Under the pieces are notes generated by a model. The model ran no database searches. It was given only the letters and a program-made list of their open reading frames with translations, and was not told where the DNA came from. Below, in pieces: positions 25,829 to 34,585 of a DNA stretch of 64,000 bases. The stretch's first letter is position 1. Every line of letters starts with the position of its first letter. A program made the position numbers and the translations under genes. Origin of the DNA: a virus (taxonomy: Duplodnaviria; Heunggongvirae; Uroviricota; Caudoviricetes); the IMG/VR virus record IMGVR_UViG_3300020202_000067, positions 17,335-81,334 of that record. One strand, 5' to 3'.

Positions 25829-26122
25829 TCAGTGGTGGGGACGAGCGCTGACGTCTTTCTTTTGGTCGATCCAGAACTCAATGGGCTTCGGGCCGCGTCT
25901 GGTGGACCTACGCACTCGAAAAGGCTCGCGCTTAATCACGACCTTGTCGATCAGAGACCGCATCGCTGACATAACAATCTTCTGTCCATTGAGCGGAACG
26001 TTCTTGCCATACCGCTTGTTCACAAGATCGCTGGTCGTGATGCGGGTGCCATCCTTCGGGAGCAAGTTCAGGAGCTGCTGCTCTGATGGAGAGTAGCGCA
26101 CCTTACTTGCGGTTGATGCCAT
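25829..26122 (-). CDS. winged-helix-like DNA-binding protein
   Basis: Start moved to MASTASK (the N-terminal R/S-rich extension of the track ORF overlaps the upstream gene). 97 aa. SEQQLLNLL..TTSDLV suggests wHTH. Confidence 0.5.
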   Translation of the reverse strand: MASTASKVRYSPSEQQLLNLLPKDGTRITTSDLVNKRYGKNVPLNGQKIVMSAMRSLIDKVVIKREPFRVRRSTRRGPKPIEFWIDQKKDVSARPHH

Positions 26123-26585
26123 ACGTCTTTTCCTTGCGGTCACGCGTGAGGACGTACGGGAGCTTCTTCTTCTGGATGACATCCTTGATGCCCTTCATGA
26201 CCATTGCGAGCGCTCCTGTGTTCTCTGTGTTCTGAGAGCCATAGGCCGCCTTGAGCAATTCGCCCTGAGGGATTTGTTTGCCGAGGTTTGGCAGGAGCTT
26301 CTTCAACACCTTCTCGCGGTTCGTCCCAGAGCGAACCTCGAATGCCTCGATCTTCTTTTCCAACGCGGTCATGTCACTGTCTCCACTTTCGGCTTTCTTG
26401 GGTTCAGGAGCTCCCCCCTTTTGCCCCGACGAAATGGTCAAAGCAAGTTCTTTGACCCTCTTGAGACCGGAAACCCGGTCTGCGAACCGGGTCACTGGCT
26501 TAACACCAGTGGCCTGCTCAGCCAGCTTATTGTAAGCGGTCACAAGTTCCGGACCACTCATTTCCTCATACGGCTTGTCTGTCAT
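26103..26585 (-). CDS. hypothetical protein, C-terminal domain paralogous to 34049-34291
   Basis: Start at MTDKPYEE (AGAGGAAG RBS). The C-terminal ~78 aa (GTNRE..LPYVLTRD) align with the C-terminus of the gene at 34049. Confidence 0.6.
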   Translation of the reverse strand: MTDKPYEEMSGPELVTAYNKLAEQATGVKPVTRFADRVSGLKRVKELALTISSGQKGGAPEPKKAESGDSDMTALEKKIEAFEVRSGTNREKVLKKLLPNLGKQIPQGELLKAAYGSQNTENTGALAMVMKGIKDVIQKKKLPYVLTRDRKEKTYGINRK

Positions 26586-26620
26586 GTTAGTTCTTCCTCT
26601 GTTGTTAGTCCGCAGCGTGA

Positions 26621-27055
26621 TCATGATAAAGGCTCGAATTTGGCTTTGCGGGTCACCCTGCCTATCCTGCCAAAGATAGGGTGGTCAACGGTGTCATTCA
26701 CCTGTTCAATGCCAGAGAACTTAACGTTGGGGAACTCGACCTGGTGCTTAATGAGATCGAGCGTAATGTCGTCAGGCAGAGATGCTATGTCGTCGTCTTC
26801 AATGCCGGTGATGACAGCATTGCCTGCCATGATTTGATTCTCCGGCAGGCCGATACGGAAAAACTTATCTGGAGTTGGAGACTTGAGCAAGCCTTCCTCG
26901 TCCACCCAGGCGAAGACACCTTCATGCAACTGCACAGTCTGCAACCATTGACAGTTGCACAGATGTCTGATCTCCTCAAATGCGCTCTGAGCATCCTCAC
27001 TGAGCTCTGTTTCCGTGACCGTCTCGTCCGCGCTGTTTATTAAAATTGCTCTCAT
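26621..27055 (-). CDS. DUF3846-like protein
   Basis: Start at MRAILIN (ATGA coupling). AWVDEEGLLK...IMAGNAVITG matches the DUF3846 pattern as I recall it. Confidence 0.6.
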   Translation of the reverse strand: MRAILINSADETVTETELSEDAQSAFEEIRHLCNCQWLQTVQLHEGVFAWVDEEGLLKSPTPDKFFRIGLPENQIMAGNAVITGIEDDDIASLPDDITLDLIKHQVEFPNVKFSGIEQVNDTVDHPIFGRIGRVTRKAKFEPLS

Positions 27056-27261
27056 GCGCCTCTCTCCTTCAACACGCGACACTCAATCAAGCGCCAACGA
27101 CCGCCGCGCTTGGAGCTTTCATTAAAGATCTTCCTGGCAGTCTCCGGAGATTGCGCCGCATCAAAAACTCGAAAGTTGACCTCGCCAGTTCGTGGGTCTT
27201 CGATGCCTTGCAGCACTTCATAGTAGGTATCAAGAATTTGTGTATGCTCGCTCATGTCCAA
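27052..27261 (-). CDS. hypothetical protein
   Basis: 69 aa track ORF, coupled on both sides. Confidence 0.55.
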   Translation of the reverse strand: MDMSEHTQILDTYYEVLQGIEDPRTGEVNFRVFDAAQSPETARKIFNESSKRGGRWRLIECRVLKERGA

Positions 27262-27695
27262 GCCTCCTCTCTGTCTAGCCAGTTGTCAGGCGCGCGGCCA
27301 TCGTGGACCTTTTGCGCATCCCAGATCTTATGCAGATCACTCTCCACCGGGAACCCAGAAGGGAAAGCAGCACAGAATTTCAAAAGATCTGTTTCACCTT
27401 CGTGAGCGCTGTCTTCCTGGATCGCCTTGAGCGCAGCTGCATAAAGCACTACTGTTCCCGGTCTGTCACAAAGCACAGCAATGAACGCCTTCAAGTAATC
27501 ATTGACTTTCAGACCATGCACCTCAACACGTTTGTCCAGGATTTTGTATGCAAACATTTCCCTGAAGATGTCTGGCAGCGGCTCTCCGGCAGCTTCCATC
27601 AAGCCTAAAACTGCCATAACTTTTGATGCGTCTTCATTCATCTGATGCTGCGGCGCTGCCAACATTGCGCGACCAACTTCGACTGCTTTCATCAT
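27252..27695 (-). CDS. hypothetical protein
   Basis: 147 aa track ORF. The start directly follows the upstream stop. Confidence 0.6.
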   Translation of the reverse strand: MMKAVEVGRAMLAAPQHQMNEDASKVMAVLGLMEAAGEPLPDIFREMFAYKILDKRVEVHGLKVNDYLKAFIAVLCDRPGTVVLYAAALKAIQEDSAHEGETDLLKFCAAFPSGFPVESDLHKIWDAQKVHDGRAPDNWLDREEAWT

Positions 27696-27881
27696 TCACT
27701 GCTCCCATTGCTTGTAGACAACGATGCCTCCTTCGAACCCCTCGATGGAGTAGTGGTCAGCCAACTTGATCGGGCAAGTCTCGCTGACGAACCGGAAGCC
27801 CTGCTCCTTCATTTGTCGCATCACGCCATCCGGGCCAAGCTCGATAGCCATCTTTGGCGTCACTGTGAACTCGCGCATCAT
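27696..27881 (-). CDS. hypothetical protein
   Basis: Start moved to MMREFTV (ATGA overlap with the 27878 stop). The upstream part of the 117-aa track ORF is R/G/Q junk overlapping a better ORF. Confidence 0.5.
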   Translation of the reverse strand: MMREFTVTPKMAIELGPDGVMRQMKEQGFRFVSETCPIKLADHYSIEGFEGGIVVYKQWEQ

Positions 27882-28153
27882 CCGTCCTCCAGGAACCGTT
27901 CTGCTTGCAGGATCAATTTCAAGTTGGCTTCCTCCTGCTTGGATCCAGGCGGAATGATGCTGAGCAGCCGCTTGACAAGCAGCTTCGCCTTGTACCCATT
28001 CAGTTCCTTGGCGATGTCGGCCGCCTTGACGCCTGGCCCTGCCTCGCAAACGGCGAAGCCAAGCGTCGTGCTGGTCGTGCCATTGCGGTTCTTCTTCGTG
28101 ATCGGCAACTGGTAGACCACATCACCCCGCGCTCTGAACCTTGCTCTCGGCAT
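27878..28153 (-). CDS. hypothetical protein
   Basis: 91 aa track ORF with a basic N-terminus. Confidence 0.55.
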   Translation of the reverse strand: MPRARFRARGDVVYQLPITKKNRNGTTSTTLGFAVCEAGPGVKAADIAKELNGYKAKLLVKRLLSIIPPGSKQEEANLKLILQAERFLEDG

Positions 28154-28319
28154 CTTTGCTCTCCCTCACGACACGTTCCGCATTGCTCATCAAGGATTGT
28201 CGAAGATCCTTGTAGTATGGATCATAACCAAGAAAGTCTTCATGCTTCAATATTGCTTCGAGCATTTTGACAGGATCCTTGATTGCATCCCATTCACGCC
28301 TCAGATCTTCGTCAGCCAT
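28122..28319 (-). CDS. hypothetical protein
   Basis: 65 aa. The ATG shares one base with the upstream TGA. Confidence 0.55.
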   Translation of the reverse strand: MADEDLRREWDAIKDPVKMLEAILKHEDFLGYDPYYKDLRQSLMSNAERVVRESKDAESKVQSAG

Positions 28320-29242
28320 CAATCAAGATCCTCCTTTGGGTCGTATTCGTGGGCATGCTCTAATTCACCAATCATGAACTCCAGCTCCTCCTTGTCATGC
28401 GCTTCTTGCAGCAAGGCGCGCTCCCATTCCTTCTCATCACGAATACGACGCACGGCGTCGTCGATGAGATTGCGAATCACCGTCGGTTCAAGGGCATCAA
28501 GCTCCCAGCTCTGTTCGCCGAAGCGGCGTATGTATTCAGGAGAACGAACATCGCTGAACTTCACAGGGTTTGGCGGCGGATTGTAGCGCTCAATTTGATC
28601 CATGTTGAGCGCAAGACGAACAACCTGAATCTGCGTGCCAGCAAACAAGGACAACCGTGCTTGGTTGTCACGCGTCATGTCAATCCCACTTGGGTCGTGG
28701 TCGCCAAGATAAAAGACAATTGGCGTCTGCCCCTTGGAGATGTAACGAGCGAACCGGCGTCCTGCGCGCCACGCCTCGCTTTGCGAGTTGTAGCCTACAG
28801 TGGTGAAAAAATCGACACGCAACTGATTGCAGATCTGTCCGACCACGCCCACGAGCGCTTCCTTCTCCACCCAAACCTCTGGCCGGAAGCGCTGGTTCTC
28901 CCACATGTCAATGCGGTAGTGCTGCTCCTTCAACCACTTGACCGCGCCTTCAGGCGTATTGAAGGTGGTGAGACCCATAAGATTGCGGCGTCGATCCTCG
29001 ATCGCGGTCCATGAAATCAGGCCAGCGAGGCGACCTTCAGAGACAAGGTCTCCAAGACGATCGTAATTTGCCTTTTTGTTTTCCATCAACCCGCGCGCAA
29101 CGAATTGGTAATAGAGCTGACGCAGCGTGATGGACATGCCCTTGCTCTCATACTCTTCGATGATGTCGTTAGCTTGCTTGATGCGAGCCAGCGCATCGGG
29201 GCCGAAATTCTTCGGCACATAGGCGACGTAGTGTCCCTTCAT
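28319..29242 (-). CDS. Topo VI-A/Spo11-like protein (5Y-CAP + Toprim, 'Mini-A'-type)
   Basis: 307 aa. LRQLYYQFV (candidate catalytic Tyr in a winged helix), VWVEKEAL (Toprim Glu) and YLGDHDPSGIDM (DxD). No B-subunit/ATPase gene nearby. Confidence 0.7.
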   Translation of the reverse strand: MKGHYVAYVPKNFGPDALARIKQANDIIEEYESKGMSITLRQLYYQFVARGLMENKKANYDRLGDLVSEGRLAGLISWTAIEDRRRNLMGLTTFNTPEGAVKWLKEQHYRIDMWENQRFRPEVWVEKEALVGVVGQICNQLRVDFFTTVGYNSQSEAWRAGRRFARYISKGQTPIVFYLGDHDPSGIDMTRDNQARLSLFAGTQIQVVRLALNMDQIERYNPPPNPVKFSDVRSPEYIRRFGEQSWELDALEPTVIRNLIDDAVRRIRDEKEWERALLQEAHDKEELEFMIGELEHAHEYDPKEDLD

Positions 29243-29538
29243 TTTCTGATGAACCCCGTCAACATCCTCGTGAAATTGTGTTCGACCTCAATGACCTCGA
29301 AGTCACGCGGCTTACACCACCATGGATGACCCTTCCAAGACTTGCCAAACTCTTCAGCTTCCTCGCGCGTCTTGAATGTCTTCAAGCTCAGCGGGAACAA
29401 GACGCTTTCTTTACCTTTTTCAATGCGTTCGGAAGTGGCAAAGCCCTGCAGTTCCACCACCATGAATTTTTCACCCTCCTCGGCAATAGTCTCCCCGTCC
29501 AATCTTACCTCTTCTCCAGTCACAATTAAAGCGAACAT
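29239..29538 (-). CDS. hypothetical protein
   Basis: Start moved to MFALIVTG (AAGGAGGG RBS). 99 aa. Confidence 0.55.
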   Translation of the reverse strand: MFALIVTGEEVRLDGETIAEEGEKFMVVELQGFATSERIEKGKESVLFPLSLKTFKTREEAEEFGKSWKGHPWWCKPRDFEVIEVEHNFTRMLTGFIRK

Positions 29539-29554
29539 CACACCCTCCTTCTTC

Positions 29555-29785
29555 TCAGCTCTCCAGCTCCTCATAAGCCTTGTCCACGGCGACAATGAAA
29601 TCCATCGCCGGTGTTCTTGCAGGGTGATGCATCGAAAATTGCATTGCGATCTGGTTCATTACACCGCCAGCTTTGGCACCAGCTTCGAAATAAGCTGATG
29701 CCAATTTGAGATGATGGGCACAGAGGAACTCAGCTTCCGTCTGATTGACCTTGTCGTCAAGACTCACGCCACTTCGCTTATCCAT
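29555..29785 (-). CDS. hypothetical protein
   Basis: 76 aa track ORF. Confidence 0.55.
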   Translation of the reverse strand: MDKRSGVSLDDKVNQTEAEFLCAHHLKLASAYFEAGAKAGGVMNQIAMQFSMHHPARTPAMDFIVAVDKAYEELES

Positions 29786-30791
29786 GCTTCAACCTCCTCT
29801 TGTCCTCATCAACTTGTGGATCGATCGACACTTTATCTCCCGTGCGAAGACCATGGTGATAGGCGTCTGAGTTCTGACGCATGTCCTCCTTGGTCATGCG
29901 AAAGTATCTTTGGCGATTGACGCGTCGTTCCGCAGCACGTTCACGTGCACGCTGCCTAGCCGCTTCCTTCTTGGCTTCAGCCGCAGCTTCTTCAGGATGC
30001 GCCGCAGCCCATTCAGCATACTCCTTCTCAGCCGCAGCTTGCGCTTCAGCTTGATGGCGGCGACGCTCCATCATTTCTTTTTTCAGCTCTTCAAGATGCG
30101 CCTGTTTCCGCGCCCATGCACCTTCACCATGGAGGAAGTCGTAGTTAGCCTGCTCCTCACGCGCCTCTACATCCGCAAGCGTGAGCGCAGTGGATGTAGA
30201 AACCCCATGAGCTGCCGCCCGCTTCGCAGCTTCGCGCTTTTCCAACTCCTCCTTGTCCTTAATGTCTTGACGACGCTGCTGAATTTTCTCGATCACAGCG
30301 TCAGCAATGCCTTCACGGAAGGCGACAGCCCAGGAGGAGTACCGCTGCTTGTGCGCCTCACCGCCGAGCCGCTCGATCGTCAAACGCTCAATGGTGCCGA
30401 GCAGGTAGCTAGCCATGTTCTTGGTGGCAATAACATTGACCTCACGCCCAACAAGGCGCAACTCATGGGTGTAACGTCGTCCGCGCCTTTCCTGAATTGA
30501 TCCTGGCTTAACACGAACTTTCATCACCCAGAAGAAGCAGTAGTTCAGCTCAGCGATCGCTTCCCACAAGCGGCGCTGGAATTTGTGCATACCGCCGGAG
30601 ACATATTCATCCACGCGCTTGCCCGCCTTGCCAGTGGCAGACTCAATGGTGGACATGTCAAGGTTGTAAGCTTCAAGAAGCTCATTCGCCTTAGCCAAGG
30701 CTGAAGCAGCTTCCTCCTGGTTTGGATTGCGTTCCGCCAACTGCATCAGCTTGGCGATGCGCTCAACGACCTTCTGGGTTGCGTCGTCCAC
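29778..30791 (-). CDS. DUF2786-like protein with long charged coiled-coil
   Basis: GTG start giving MDDATQKVVERIAKLMQLAERNPNQEEAASALAKANELL, a typical DUF2786 N-terminus. The upstream 68 aa of the 405-aa track ORF overlap other frames. Confidence 0.6.
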   Translation of the reverse strand: MDDATQKVVERIAKLMQLAERNPNQEEAASALAKANELLEAYNLDMSTIESATGKAGKRVDEYVSGGMHKFQRRLWEAIAELNYCFFWVMKVRVKPGSIQERRGRRYTHELRLVGREVNVIATKNMASYLLGTIERLTIERLGGEAHKQRYSSWAVAFREGIADAVIEKIQQRRQDIKDKEELEKREAAKRAAAHGVSTSTALTLADVEAREEQANYDFLHGEGAWARKQAHLEELKKEMMERRRHQAEAQAAAEKEYAEWAAAHPEEAAAEAKKEAARQRARERAAERRVNRQRYFRMTKEDMRQNSDAYHHGLRTGDKVSIDPQVDEDKRRLKHG

Positions 30792-30946
30792 TATTTGAGC
30801 TCCGTTTCGTTGATCGCTTTCTTGAGTTGATTGAATTCTTCTTCCGTCATATGGAAGCTGAGCGAGATGCCGCGATCCTCCATAATGAGCGTGACTTTTC
30901 GTTCGATGCCCCAAGGAGCAGTGCGCCAGTGCCTTGTTGTGTTCAC
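30791..30946 (-). CDS. small hypothetical protein (51 aa, not in track; start uncertain)
   Basis: GTGA-coupled GTG start; an internal ATG (MEDRGISLSF...) is an alternative. The TAG overlaps the GTG of the next gene. Confidence 0.3.
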   Translation of the reverse strand: MNTTRHWRTAPWGIERKVTLIMEDRGISLSFHMTEEEFNQLKKAINETELK

Positions 30947-31185
30947 CACCGATACTCCTGATAGATGCCGATCGGCTTAACTTCGATCTTATCACTCTTG
31001 TAGAGTGTGTCAGACCAGCGCGATGCTAGCCGTTCCGCATGAGCTTGACGCTTCGCATTCCGCCGCTCAAGTGATTCGACGTCCAACTCATTGGGCGCGA
31101 CCCGCACCCGATTGAGTACAGTCTTGCGCTCAGGCAGCACGACGAGGTAGTGCAGTTCTTGTCCGATCATAACTAATCTCTCCAT
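30943..31185 (-). CDS. hypothetical protein
   Basis: 80 aa track ORF. An alternative start is MIGQEL at 31170, after an ATGGAGAG RBS. Confidence 0.55.
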   Translation of the reverse strand: MERLVMIGQELHYLVVLPERKTVLNRVRVAPNELDVESLERRNAKRQAHAERLASRWSDTLYKSDKIEVKPIGIYQEYRW

Positions 31186-31358
31186 TTGATTTCAACGTTG
31201 GCGAGTTCAAGCGCGCGGATGGCTCGCTCAGCGCGCCCGATGTATTGACCTTGCAGCCGCTGGCGCATTTCCTCCTTGGTGTTGTCCACCCAGAGGTACA
31301 TGTCCTGCGCAGCAAGGTGCTTGGCCAGCACCATGACAGCCTCAGCTCGGGAGATCAT
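31173..31358 (-). CDS. hypothetical protein
   Basis: Start moved to MISRAEAV (GGAGGAAG RBS). 61 aa. Confidence 0.5.
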   Translation of the reverse strand: MISRAEAVMVLAKHLAAQDMYLWVDNTKEEMRQRLQGQYIGRAERAIRALELANVEIKWRD

Positions 31359-31545
31359 CGATCTTCCTCCAATATGAAGCCACGACGCGCAGCGGCCCGA
31401 TGTCAAGATGGAAATCGAACCACATGCCATCAATCTCAAAGCCAGGACCAAGCGCCCAGCTCCTGATGTCCCACTGCAGAAAGAGGCTGAAGGAGCCGGG
31501 CGGATGCTCGGTCTTGCTGTGCGTATTGATAGACCATGATTTCAC
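31342..31545 (-). CDS. hypothetical protein
   Basis: 67 aa track ORF, W-rich. Confidence 0.45.
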   Translation of the reverse strand: MKSWSINTHSKTEHPPGSFSLFLQWDIRSWALGPGFEIDGMWFDFHLDIGPLRVVASYWRKIDDLPS

Positions 31546-31727
31546 TTGCCATCCCTCCCCATGTCCTGGTAAGCGGTGAGGGCATTAGCAAGTTGCCTGA
31601 TGTCCTCTCCGACATTGTGTCCATCAGTCTTGTAGTGCTGCAGACGTCCCAAAATTCTTCGGGCTGCATCTTGCGGAAACAACCCCTGCAGAATTCTCTC
31701 CCACCCTTCGACGCTTTCAACTTTCAT
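31542..31727 (-). CDS. hypothetical protein
   Basis: Start moved to MKVESVEGW (ATGA coupling). 61 aa. Confidence 0.5.
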   Translation of the reverse strand: MKVESVEGWERILQGLFPQDAARRILGRLQHYKTDGHNVGEDIRQLANALTAYQDMGRDGK

Positions 31728-31984
31728 TCCTGATCCTTGAAGCTTGTGTCCCACTCCTCCGGCGTGATGCCAGAGAGCAGGAATTCACGCTGCGCATTGG
31801 TCAAGTTCGGCATGGCGTTCTGAATGAGTTCGCCGCCCTTGTCCCATTTGTCGTACTGCTCCTGCGTGACGGGCAGGTCCATGGTGTTGATCTGCCGTGA
31901 CACAGCCGACTTGCGCGTGATGCGCATCAAGCCGTTGGGGAGAACCTCCTCCTTGTTCTCAGCGAACTTGAGTTGTGGCATCAT
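31724..31984 (-). CDS. hypothetical protein
   Basis: 86 aa track ORF. Confidence 0.6.
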   Translation of the reverse strand: MMPQLKFAENKEEVLPNGLMRITRKSAVSRQINTMDLPVTQEQYDKWDKGGELIQNAMPNLTNAQREFLLSGITPEEWDTSFKDQE

Positions 31985-32226
31985 CTCCTCCTGTCAAGCC
32001 GCGCCGCCCATTCAGCGCGGTCTGCATAGTCATCGACGTCAGGATCATCCTCCACTTCAAGCGGCGCAGTCGGGAAGGGCCACTCTTGATCACGCCATCT
32101 GTAGATGGCATAGGTGAGCCCGCCTGAATCATGCACACTGTGTTGGTATTCCCCGAATGTCCGCGCAAGCGCCAAGGTGAAAGCGATCCGCAGCGTGCTG
32201 CGCAGCTTGCGTATGAAGTGAATCAT
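31981..32226 (-). CDS. hypothetical protein
   Basis: 81 aa track ORF with an acidic C-terminal half. Confidence 0.55.
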   Translation of the reverse strand: MIHFIRKLRSTLRIAFTLALARTFGEYQHSVHDSGGLTYAIYRWRDQEWPFPTAPLEVEDDPDVDDYADRAEWAARLDRRR

Positions 32227-32227
32227 C

Positions 32228-32623
32228 TCAACTCACCCTCCCTGTGTGGACCAATACGTATGGCACGCCGCCGGGCATCGCCTGAGCGATCTCACGCAGC
32301 ATCCATTCTGCAGACCCGACAGCGATGCCCAAGCAGACAAGCGCTTCGGCTTCACGATGCTCGCCCCACTGCCGACCGTTCTTGTCAAATGGAACATTCA
32401 GGAAGCTATATCCACCACCTCCCCCTTCCTTGAAGTCATCATGCAACTCATCGAGCAACGCATCAATGCGTGGCTTGGCCTCCTGAACGCGCTGCGGGTG
32501 GAAGCCAAAGCGTCTGACGAGGCCATCCACGTGCAACGCCATCTTTGGCGCGTCATCCTTTTCCTCTTCCTTAAAGAGGACGTCCTTCATGATGTCATCA
32601 ACAGCTTGTGAAGTCAGCTTCAT
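32228..32623 (-). CDS. hypothetical protein
   Basis: 131 aa track ORF. Confidence 0.6.
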   Translation of the reverse strand: MKLTSQAVDDIMKDVLFKEEEKDDAPKMALHVDGLVRRFGFHPQRVQEAKPRIDALLDELHDDFKEGGGGGYSFLNVPFDKNGRQWGEHREAEALVCLGIAVGSAEWMLREIAQAMPGGVPYVLVHTGRVS

Positions 32624-32880
32624 CAGTCTCTCCCAAATCCGAGCGGAAGGTCCAAGCCTTCCGCTTCATCCACGACAGCAAGCGCCTCGTCGATTTGCAC
32701 ATCAACGACCGCCTGCAGCTTCTCACCGAGCGCGCTGTTGGCTAGGTTCTCTGGCAGGTTGTCTTGCCACTCCTCAAACTCCTCGCGCAAGCCTTGCAGC
32801 AGCTCGAGACCTTCTCGTGCCTTGGCGCATGCATCCGCCCACCTGGCAGCGCGTGAGTTGTTCTTCTTTCTCTTCGCCAT
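32623..32880 (-). CDS. hypothetical protein (W..W.DNLPENL ... LPLGFGRD motif family)
   Basis: 85 aa. I recognise the motif pattern as a recurring phage/MGE small protein but cannot name the family. Confidence 0.55.
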   Translation of the reverse strand: MAKRKKNNSRAARWADACAKAREGLELLQGLREEFEEWQDNLPENLANSALGEKLQAVVDVQIDEALAVVDEAEGLDLPLGFGRD

Positions 32881-33039
32881 TCACTTCCCCTTTTCAAGCA
32901 TAGCCAATCCTAGCAATCGCTCGATCTCTTCAGCCTCCCAACGCAGATGCCTAGCGCGTGATTCGAGGTTCTGTGCCTCTTTGCGCTTGGCTTCTGCTGC
33001 TGCGCGATCCTTAATTATTCTCTCGCCAATATTATCCAT
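32881..33039 (-). CDS. small coiled-coil protein (52 aa, not in track)
   Basis: MDNIGERIIKDRAAAEAKRKEAQNLESRARHLRWEAEEIERLL...; fills the gap exactly between neighbouring stop and start codons. Confidence 0.4.
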   Translation of the reverse strand: MDNIGERIIKDRAAAEAKRKEAQNLESRARHLRWEAEEIERLLGLAMLEKGK

Positions 33040-33251
33040 CAGTCAACGTCCTCCTCCTTCAACCCAGACCACTCGCGCGGCTTGCCATGTTGATCCAGAT
33101 ACTCAAGCGTGCTGAGCACATCGCGCTTCTCCTGAGCAGACATGCCTAACACATTGCATGCCTTCAGGACGCGCTTGGCGCTAGCCATGCTTGGGTTCTG
33201 GTTGTTGCCATAATCGCGCATGAGCGCAATCGCTGCTTCTGCCTTGTTCAT
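33039..33251 (-). CDS. hypothetical protein
   Basis: 70 aa track ORF. Confidence 0.55.
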   Translation of the reverse strand: MNKAEAAIALMRDYGNNQNPSMASAKRVLKACNVLGMSAQEKRDVLSTLEYLDQHGKPREWSGLKEEDVD

Positions 33252-33252
33252 C

Positions 33253-33714
33253 TCAATTCCTCACCGGGTGAAAGTTGCCGTCGCCATACTGATACGCCTT
33301 GGGGAAGGAGAGCAGCAGCTCAACGCCCTCAAGGAAGGTTTTATTGACCAACTTTATAGCAGGCATTCTGCTGCCTGCTATAACATGGCCGAGCCAACGG
33401 TGATTGCCGTCAAGGATGTAAGGCTCCTTGCTCAGCAGGCACGGCTTGCTCAGCACGCCGGAGCCGACCAAAGCCTTAGCCTTGCGCGCGTCCACCCGCT
33501 GGTGGGCGCGCACGAGCCACGGATCAATGGTGCACTCACGGACCTCCTCGCCCTTGTCCTTTAGGAAATCAAGGAGCTCAGGCATGTCATCACCGTCAAT
33601 TTGCGGCATGACTTCACGCGGGATGTAGAACGGTTCAAACTCTCCGCCTTTGTAAAAGCGGCCAAGGAGGGAGTTGCACTCCCCGCCTTTCGGTGCATGT
33701 TGCAGGCTCATCAT
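33253..33714 (-). CDS. ParB-like nuclease domain protein
   Basis: Start at MMSLQ (ATGA coupling). YILDGNHRW is the ParB/Srx-type DGxHR motif. Confidence 0.65.
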   Translation of the reverse strand: MMSLQHAPKGGECNSLLGRFYKGGEFEPFYIPREVMPQIDGDDMPELLDFLKDKGEEVRECTIDPWLVRAHQRVDARKAKALVGSGVLSKPCLLSKEPYILDGNHRWLGHVIAGSRMPAIKLVNKTFLEGVELLLSFPKAYQYGDGNFHPVRN

Positions 33715-34052
33715 GGCAGGTCCGGCCTTTCCTTTGCTGTGCATGAGCTATGATCATCGACATCTATGTGTGAAGGCAGCATTGCTTCCGCCTTCGCAAT
33801 GGCTTCACGCGGCGAGGCTGCACGCGCATAGTACTTGCGATAGAACCAGCGCTCGCCGTCACCGCAAGCAAGGTCAACTTCATAGACCATGTTTGCGGCG
33901 ATGACGTCCTGGTCGCATGCGCGACACGCCACGGAGTATGGTCCGTGCTTTTCGCAAACCTCCATCATGCGCTTACCTCTCAGTTGCTGGCGCAAGTCTT
34001 CTTGCGCGCGTTCGTTGAATGGATAGATCGCCTTCATAAGATCGGCCATCAC
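33711..34052 (-). CDS. hypothetical Cys-containing protein
   Basis: 113 aa track ORF. Confidence 0.6.
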   Translation of the reverse strand: MMADLMKAIYPFNERAQEDLRQQLRGKRMMEVCEKHGPYSVACRACDQDVIAANMVYEVDLACGDGERWFYRKYYARAASPREAIAKAEAMLPSHIDVDDHSSCTAKERPDLP

Positions 34053-34585
34053 AACCTTTCCAGCTTGAATGTCTTCGCCTTCTTGTCTTCTGTTAATCGA
34101 TAGGGAAGCTTATCCCTGTCGATCGACATCAGCATGCCCTTGATGACCATGCGCAGCGGACCGAGTTCTGCATGTGGGTTGCCGTAGACGGTCTCCAACA
34201 AGTCGCTGTAGGAGACCGTCTTCCCCAAGTCCCTAACCAACCGAGTGATGCATCTCTCCCTGTTGGTGCCATGCTTGGTCTTGAACTCAGCCAATACCGG
34301 ACCACCAGGGCCAGAGTATTTGGCACTCACCGGGACCACCCACTTAACCTTCTTGGGATCCCAGACCGCGTCCGGGTGCGGCTGGCGGGATTGGCGCTTA
34401 GCCGCCTTGCCCGCCTGCTTGGCTTCTAGGAAGGCAGCTTGAGCAGCGCGAAACCGCTCAAGCTCCTCTTCACGCTTTTCATCGCGGATGAGCAACGGCT
34501 TGGGAGGCGCTGCCTCCCACACCTTCGCCCGCTCCTCACGGCTCATGAAGCAGATGTCAGGCGCTCCATCTTCCATCATCATCTG
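34049..34585 (-). CDS. hypothetical protein, C-terminal domain paralogous to 26103-26345 (start uncertain)
   Basis: The track ORF extends to 34714, but its first 43 aa are low-complexity and overlap a better-looking frame. MMMEDG is taken as the start. Confidence 0.5.
   Translation of the reverse strand, partial: QMMMEDGAPDICFMSREERAKVWEAAPPKPLLIRDEKREEELERFRAAQAAFLEAKQAGKAAKRQSRQPHPDAVWDPKKVKWVVPVSAKYSGPGGPVLAEFKTKHGTNRERCITRLVRDLGKTVSYSDLLETVYGNPHAELGPLRMVIKGMLMSIDRDKLPYRLTEDKKAKTFKLERL

Noticed and set aside
29778-30995. 405-aa track ORF as a single gene
   Set aside because: The N-terminal 68 aa lack any Met, overlap the upstream gene and run across another coupled small ORF. A GTG at 30791 yields a canonical DUF2786 N-terminus.
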